From NCBI GenBank assembly GCA_963662285.2, contig CAXXMV010000006.1:1760001-1824000 (forward strand): a stretch of 64,000 bases of DNA. Direction: 5' to 3'. The stretch comes from a bacterium (GTDB lineage Bacteria; Hinthialibacterota; Hinthialibacteria; Hinthialibacterales; Hinthialibacteraceae). The notes below the pieces were generated by a model that saw only the letters and a list, made by a program, of their open reading frames with translations, ran no database searches and was not told the DNA's origin. The position numbers and the translations under genes were made by a program. Shown piece by piece: positions 59,351-64,000 of the stretch (position 1 is its first letter; each line of letters opens with the position of its first letter).

Positions 59351-59968
59351 TTATGTAATCAAATCCGTTAGGGCTTGAAGGAATTCCTGGATGCCCCGTT
59401 TTTTGGGTACTGAGGTGAGGATGCATGGTTCATCTTGTTGGATATCCAAAACGGCGATAGTGTTTTTGAGAGATTTGGCTATATCGTTTTGTTTGAGTTT
59501 ATCGACTTTGGTGATGATGGTGATGACGGGTATTTTGCTATGTACAATCCATTCCCGCATTTGAATATCAAGGTCGGATGGATCGTGACGGGCGTCGATC
59601 AGATGCAGCATTCCTTTCAAAGGTCGTTGGGTCAAGAAATCCTGCATGGCCTTGCGCCATTCAGATTGAATGGCTTTGCCCGCTTTTGAAAAGCCATATC
59701 CGGGAAGGTCGATCAAATGAAGATGGGCGTCTCCCGGTTCGATGCGCAGGTGAAAGAAATTGATGAGCCGCGTCTTTCCGGGGGTGCTGGAAGTTTTGGC
59801 AAGGTTGCGCCTGTTGCATAGCATATTGATAAGACTTGACTTACCTACGTTAGAACGCCCTGCGATAGCGATTTCGGGCAATTCCTGTTCGGGACACAGT
59901 TTCAGGTTGGGGGCGCTGATGACGAATGATGCTTCGACTACTCTAAGGATATCTTTTGTACTATTCAT
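59351..59968 (-). CDS. engB: Ribosome biogenesis GTP-binding protein YihA/YsxC
   Basis: GRSNVGKSSLIN, TSSTPGKTR, DLPGYG, TKVDK. Confidence 0.95.
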   Translation of the reverse strand: MNSTKDILRVVEASFVISAPNLKLCPEQELPEIAIAGRSNVGKSSLINMLCNRRNLAKTSSTPGKTRLINFFHLRIEPGDAHLHLIDLPGYGFSKAGKAIQSEWRKAMQDFLTQRPLKGMLHLIDARHDPSDLDIQMREWIVHSKIPVITIITKVDKLKQNDIAKSLKNTIAVLDIQQDEPCILTSVPKKRGIQEFLQALTDLIT

Positions 59969-59973
59969 AAGTT

Positions 59974-60894
59974 TTAACTCAAGTATTGTACTTCTCGCTC
60001 CAGGGTAACGCCGAATTTATCTTTGACGCGCCGCGCCATTTCATCGGCCAGATTGTTGACGTCAGCAGCAGTGGCGCCTCCGTAATTTACAATAATATTG
60101 GCATGTTTCTCAAATATTCCAGCTCCGCCAAAACGGAGTGGTTTAACGCCAGCCTCTTCAAGCAGCTTGCCTGCCGGAGTGCGGCGTTCGCCCGGCTGAG
60201 AAGGCGCCAGGTTTTTGAAGAAGGAGCCGGCGCAGGGCAGGTCGATTGATGGATGCTTAAGTTCACGCTCTTCGAGCAGTTTATGGCATGTTTCCATTAA
60301 TTCTACGGGGTCGACAGGCTTAAAGTTTCCCAGTGTAGCATACAGCATGATGCTATTGTGTTTTTTTAGAGAACTGGTTCGGTATTCAATATCAAGTTCC
60401 TTGCTCTGAATCGTTTTAACTGTACCATCATCTTCAAGGATATTAGCATCAATTAAAAACTCGCAAACCAGATGACCATAAGCTCCTGCCCCGCCAGCTA
60501 ATGCGGCGCCGATTGAACCGGGGATTCCGGCTGCGAAACTAAGGTTTCCCCAGCCGCGTTGCGATACTTCAACAACCAGTTGATTAAGATTATAACCGCT
60601 GTCGACTTGAACCGAATAATCGTCGCACCATTCGATTGATGATGTCTTGTTAATAACCACCAATCCAGGCAATCCATCATCACTGATCAACACATTGGAG
60701 CATCCCGCCAGGAAATAGAAAGGGATGTTTATCTTAATCGCCAGCCGTTTCGCTTCAATAATATCATCGGTAGAAGTTGCTTCCAGCAGATACTCTGCCG
60801 GGCCGCCGATTTTGAATGCAGTATAGCAGGCCAGCGTTTTTCCACGCTTAATCCGGTCGCCAAAGCGGGAAAGTATTTTATCTTCTATAGTCAT
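59974..60894 (-). CDS. murB: UDP-N-acetylmuramate dehydrogenase
   Basis: T.FKIGGPA, SNVL..D, GIPGS.G, YRTS, AGSFFKN, KHANIIVN, LEREV. Confidence 0.93.
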   Translation of the reverse strand: MTIEDKILSRFGDRIKRGKTLACYTAFKIGGPAEYLLEATSTDDIIEAKRLAIKINIPFYFLAGCSNVLISDDGLPGLVVINKTSSIEWCDDYSVQVDSGYNLNQLVVEVSQRGWGNLSFAAGIPGSIGAALAGGAGAYGHLVCEFLIDANILEDDGTVKTIQSKELDIEYRTSSLKKHNSIMLYATLGNFKPVDPVELMETCHKLLEERELKHPSIDLPCAGSFFKNLAPSQPGERRTPAGKLLEEAGVKPLRFGGAGIFEKHANIIVNYGGATAADVNNLADEMARRVKDKFGVTLEREVQYLS

Positions 60895-60905
60895 AATGAA
60901 TAGTT

Positions 60906-61490
60906 TTATTTCAACAGAATTTTCAACCAGGAGTTCATCAGCCGGTCTTCGCCTTGCAGCAGCAATCCTGGAGAAGTCTTTTTTATCTCTTCGATCAGCA
61001 TGGATAGTTGTTGATCCATACCCTTGAATTCTTTGACGATATATTGCAAAAGAGTAATCGCCGGACCGGTCATGATAAGGGGAATAGGTACACTGAAATC
61101 TTGAGTACTAATGTATAAACGGGATGACGTCAGTGGTTCATCTGGTTTCTCTTTTTCAAATTTGCGTATAACAAGGTGAATATCGTTAATGGTAACATCG
61201 AACAATTCGTTGGTTTCCATAGCGTCTACGGCAGTGAATATAGCCGGAACATCGAAGCCCGATTCCTTGGTTTCTTTGAGATATTTCGATGGAACCGCCT
61301 GCACAATCGCCTTGACCAGATTCAAAGGCATGGTCGCGTAGCCTATTATGGGCGATGCCGCTTTGATCTCTTCCAGTGAACCGCTAAGCCATATTTCTTC
61401 CTGCGCCGCTTCAGAACTGAATGATGCGAAACTAATAATTAGTAATGCTATACCATAAGTAATTATTCTTTTCATACCCCAAGCGATCAT
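60906..61490 (-). CDS. Secreted hypothetical protein with two internal repeats
   Basis: Signal peptide after ATG 61490 or 61475; the longer ORF call overlaps adk. Confidence 0.6.
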   Translation of the reverse strand: MIAWGMKRIITYGIALLIISFASFSSEAAQEEIWLSGSLEEIKAASPIIGYATMPLNLVKAIVQAVPSKYLKETKESGFDVPAIFTAVDAMETNELFDVTINDIHLVIRKFEKEKPDEPLTSSRLYISTQDFSVPIPLIMTGPAITLLQYIVKEFKGMDQQLSMLIEEIKKTSPGLLLQGEDRLMNSWLKILLK

Positions 61491-61596
61491 GTTTATCCCC
61501 TTTGAGGAAAATTGTGTATTCGGAATGGCCGAATTTGAATAATCCGGGCAGTGATATTCACCGCCCGGAGGTGCATCGCTTGTAATATCCTGATGT

Positions 61597-62193
61597 TTAC
61601 CAACCTTTAATGATTGGTTCCAGGCGGCCAAAGATTTCATCAATCCCGCCTAAACCTTCAATGGCGATCAGTTGACCTTTTTCTTTGAAATAATCTTCCA
61701 GAGGAGCGGTTTTTTCCTGATAGACGCGCATACGCTCGCGGATAATATCTTCGGTATCGTCGGCGCGTTTTTCAATTACAGCGCGTTTAAGAAGTCTTTG
61801 CACCAGTTCTTCCTGGTTGACTTGCAGGCTGACGCAGCCAGTGAAACGCAGTTCCAGTTCATTAAGTATGCCTTCCAGCATAGCCGCCTGACCCAGTGTG
61901 CGGGGAAAACCGTCAAGAATAACGCCTTGAGGATCAGTTGCTTCGTCAATGATAGATTTCAACTGAGGAACCAGCATATTGCGGATAGTATCATCTGGAA
62001 CCAGTTCGCCTTTTTCCATCAATTCTTTGGCTTTCAAAGCGTTGGGATCATCTTTAGCGAGAGCAGCGCGAAAGATATCGCCAGTGCTGACGTGGAGATA
62101 ATTGAGCCGTTCTTTGATCAATGCCGCCTGAGTACCTTTACCGCATCCCGGAGGGCCAAAAATAGTAAAGGCCGGAATGGACTGATTAGTCAT
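61597..62193 (-). CDS. adk: Adenylate kinase (short LID type)
   Basis: GPPGCGKGTQA, STGDIFR, GELVPD, LDGFPRT, RADD. Confidence 0.96.
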   Translation of the reverse strand: MTNQSIPAFTIFGPPGCGKGTQAALIKERLNYLHVSTGDIFRAALAKDDPNALKAKELMEKGELVPDDTIRNMLVPQLKSIIDEATDPQGVILDGFPRTLGQAAMLEGILNELELRFTGCVSLQVNQEELVQRLLKRAVIEKRADDTEDIIRERMRVYQEKTAPLEDYFKEKGQLIAIEGLGGIDEIFGRLEPIIKGW

Positions 62194-62404
62194 GAAAATA
62201 ATTCCTTTCAACAAAAAAAGTATGTAAATTATACCGCCCTGTATGAGGGATATGTATTTTTGAGCAGCACTATATTAAATGCTTGATATATTTTAAGAAC
62301 AGATGCTTAATAGGAAAGGGGGGAGTGATTTCACTCGCTTTTGAGTTTCCCCGTGTCTACTGTATAATACCTCGAATATTATATTTGACGTTAATATTCA
62401 AAGG

Positions 62405-63361
62405 ATGATTCAAATGGAATCTAAATTATCCCAGACTGAGGGATTCTCTTTTGCCCGGACAATAGAAGGCCGCGCCATATTAGTGTCGTTAGTAATTGGT
62501 TTGATTATAGTTATAATAAAAACCAGTGCTTATTTAACCTCCGGTTCAATGGCGGTTATGGCTGATATGCTGGAGTCGTGCGTCCATAATTTAGCCATTC
62601 TATTCGTGGCCTATTGCCTATGGTTCAGTCACCGTCCAGCCGATGATAACCACCTTTATGGTCATGGAAAGAGCCAGTTTTTATCTGCAGCGGTTGAAGG
62701 AGCGTTTGTTTGCGGGGCGGCTTTGTTGATTATTATCAACTGCGGTAAAGCCTATTGGGTTGGATATTCATTACTGAATGTCTCGCAGGGTGCAGGTTTA
62801 TCGGCTTTGGCCGGTGTTATTAATGCAATATTGGGCGCCTGGATGATCCATACAGGGAAACGGCAAAATGCAATTATACTGGTTGCGCATGGTAAGCATG
62901 TTATGTCTGACGTGATTACCACAGCCGCTGCTATGGCAGGATTGTTGGTCGCCTGGATAACCAATTTGATCTACATAGACCTGATCGTCGCTTTGCTGGG
63001 AGGTCTATACATATTCTATGAAGGATTAAAATTACTCAGGCAATCAATAGCCGGATTGCTTGATGAAGCCAATATGGAAGTTGACCGGAAATTACGCAAG
63101 ATTTTGAAAGATGAATCAATCGAACATCTGGTCAGTTATCATCAATTACGGCATCGTTCAGAGGGCAATAAACATTGGATGGAACTCCATCTGGTAATGG
63201 ATGACGACCTGGCTCTTCAAGAAGCGCATGACTTGGCGTCGCATATCGAGTCGGTGATTCGTTCTTCAATATCTGAACCAATTACCATAACAACCCATCT
63301 TGAACCAAAATCGTCATTGAAAGAAACTTTCGTTAAAAATGAATTAAAAACTGCAGAATAG
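62405..63361 (+). CDS. Cation diffusion facilitator family transporter
   Basis: Six TM helices; PAD.NHLYGHGK; HVMSD; C-terminal HLEP. Confidence 0.9.
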   Translation: MIQMESKLSQTEGFSFARTIEGRAILVSLVIGLIIVIIKTSAYLTSGSMAVMADMLESCVHNLAILFVAYCLWFSHRPADDNHLYGHGKSQFLSAAVEGAFVCGAALLIIINCGKAYWVGYSLLNVSQGAGLSALAGVINAILGAWMIHTGKRQNAIILVAHGKHVMSDVITTAAAMAGLLVAWITNLIYIDLIVALLGGLYIFYEGLKLLRQSIAGLLDEANMEVDRKLRKILKDESIEHLVSYHQLRHRSEGNKHWMELHLVMDDDLALQEAHDLASHIESVIRSSISEPITITTHLEPKSSLKETFVKNELKTAE

Positions 63362-63370
63362 AGGCGTTCG

Positions 63371-63733
63371 ATGGAAAATACTAAAAGATATACTGTTAGA
63401 AGAGTTTCTGAAACCGAAAAAGAGCGCAGCACATGCGGCTGGCGTCAAAGACTTTTTACGACTGGTGATGACACGCCCCTTTTTGCTCATCTGGTTAAAA
63501 TTCAGGATTCCAAGGCTCATTATCATAAACGGGCCACTGAATTTTATTATGTTATGGAAGGCGATGGAGTCATGATGGTTGATGGCGAATCGTTTGATAT
63601 CGGGCCGGGAACCATTGTTAAACTTGATCCATTATCAGTTCATTCATCCAAGGGAGACCTGTTGGTATTGGTTATTGGAGTTCCCGATATCCTGGAAGAT
63701 GATATTTTCTTCCCAGAAAGCGAATCATGCTAA
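63371..63733 (+). CDS. Cupin domain protein
   Basis: HYHK..TEFYYV.EG.G...H. Confidence 0.85.
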   Translation: MENTKRYTVRRVSETEKERSTCGWRQRLFTTGDDTPLFAHLVKIQDSKAHYHKRATEFYYVMEGDGVMMVDGESFDIGPGTIVKLDPLSVHSSKGDLLVLVIGVPDILEDDIFFPESESC

Positions 63734-63866
63734 TTCTATACCTACACCAAATGCGATAAACTTATTTTATTTAGCTATAGCCTTTATATTTCATCATGAT
63801 TATAGTATTTTAATAGTATATTATTAGAAATTTTTTATTAGACGGAAGTATATAAGGGAAGGTACA

Positions 63867-64000
63867 ATGAACAGACGAAGAGGATTTACGTTAATTGAGT
63901 TATTGATTGTTGTGGCTATTATCGGAATATTGGCGGCGATAGCGGTTCCCAATTTTTTGAACGCACAGGTAAGAGCCAAACTGGCTAACTGCGTATCTGA
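63867..64000 (+). CDS. Prepilin-type N-terminal cleavage/methylation domain protein (3' partial)
   Basis: [38 protein letters not shown]. Confidence 0.9.
   Translation, partial: MNRRRGFTLIELLIVVAIIGILAAIAVPNFLNAQVRAKLANCVS

Noticed and set aside
61491-61643. Long N-terminal extension of the hypothetical gene
   Set aside because: Overlaps adk; a signal peptide and RBS fit a start at 61490 or 61475
1-64000. CRISPR array, rRNA or IS transposase
   Set aside because: No regularly spaced repeats, cas genes, rRNA-like stretch or transposase ORF seen

Overview
Bacterial chromosomal window, AT-rich between genes. The N-terminal type IV pilin-like ORF at the right edge, the Tat-exported Gfo/Idh/MocA protein, DUF1080 protein and sulfatase suggest a PVC-adjacent candidate phylum such as Hinthialibacterota/OLB16; this is inference only. 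Housekeeping genes are gatC, ribF, proS, rseP, gatA, a LMW-phosphatase/RpiB fusion, glyA, nrdR, engB/yihA, murB, adk, tRNA-Arg(CCT) and tRNA-Trp(CCA). Accessory content: (i) an orphan actA-actB pair of alternative complex III with no actC-F; (ii) a 12-kb phosphorelay/c-di-GMP cluster led by a large Cache-PAS-GAF sensor with no output domain, which ends in a 'GRExKMIELKKEINELL' helix, while the adjacent hybrid kinase carries an 'AMLNMMEDL' helix just before HisKA (candidate docking pair); (iii) an integrase-less integron cassette array (CALIN) with four cassettes, attC sites, a putative promoter and attI-like entry site, next to tRNA-Trp, bracketed by identical REP-like repeats and flanked by higBA; (iv) a DUF1778/GNAT toxin-antitoxin module between about 168-bp diverged direct repeats that duplicate a sulfatase 5' end; (v) a dispersed palindromic REP/MITE-like family. 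No CRISPR array, rRNA, transposase or integrase was seen.
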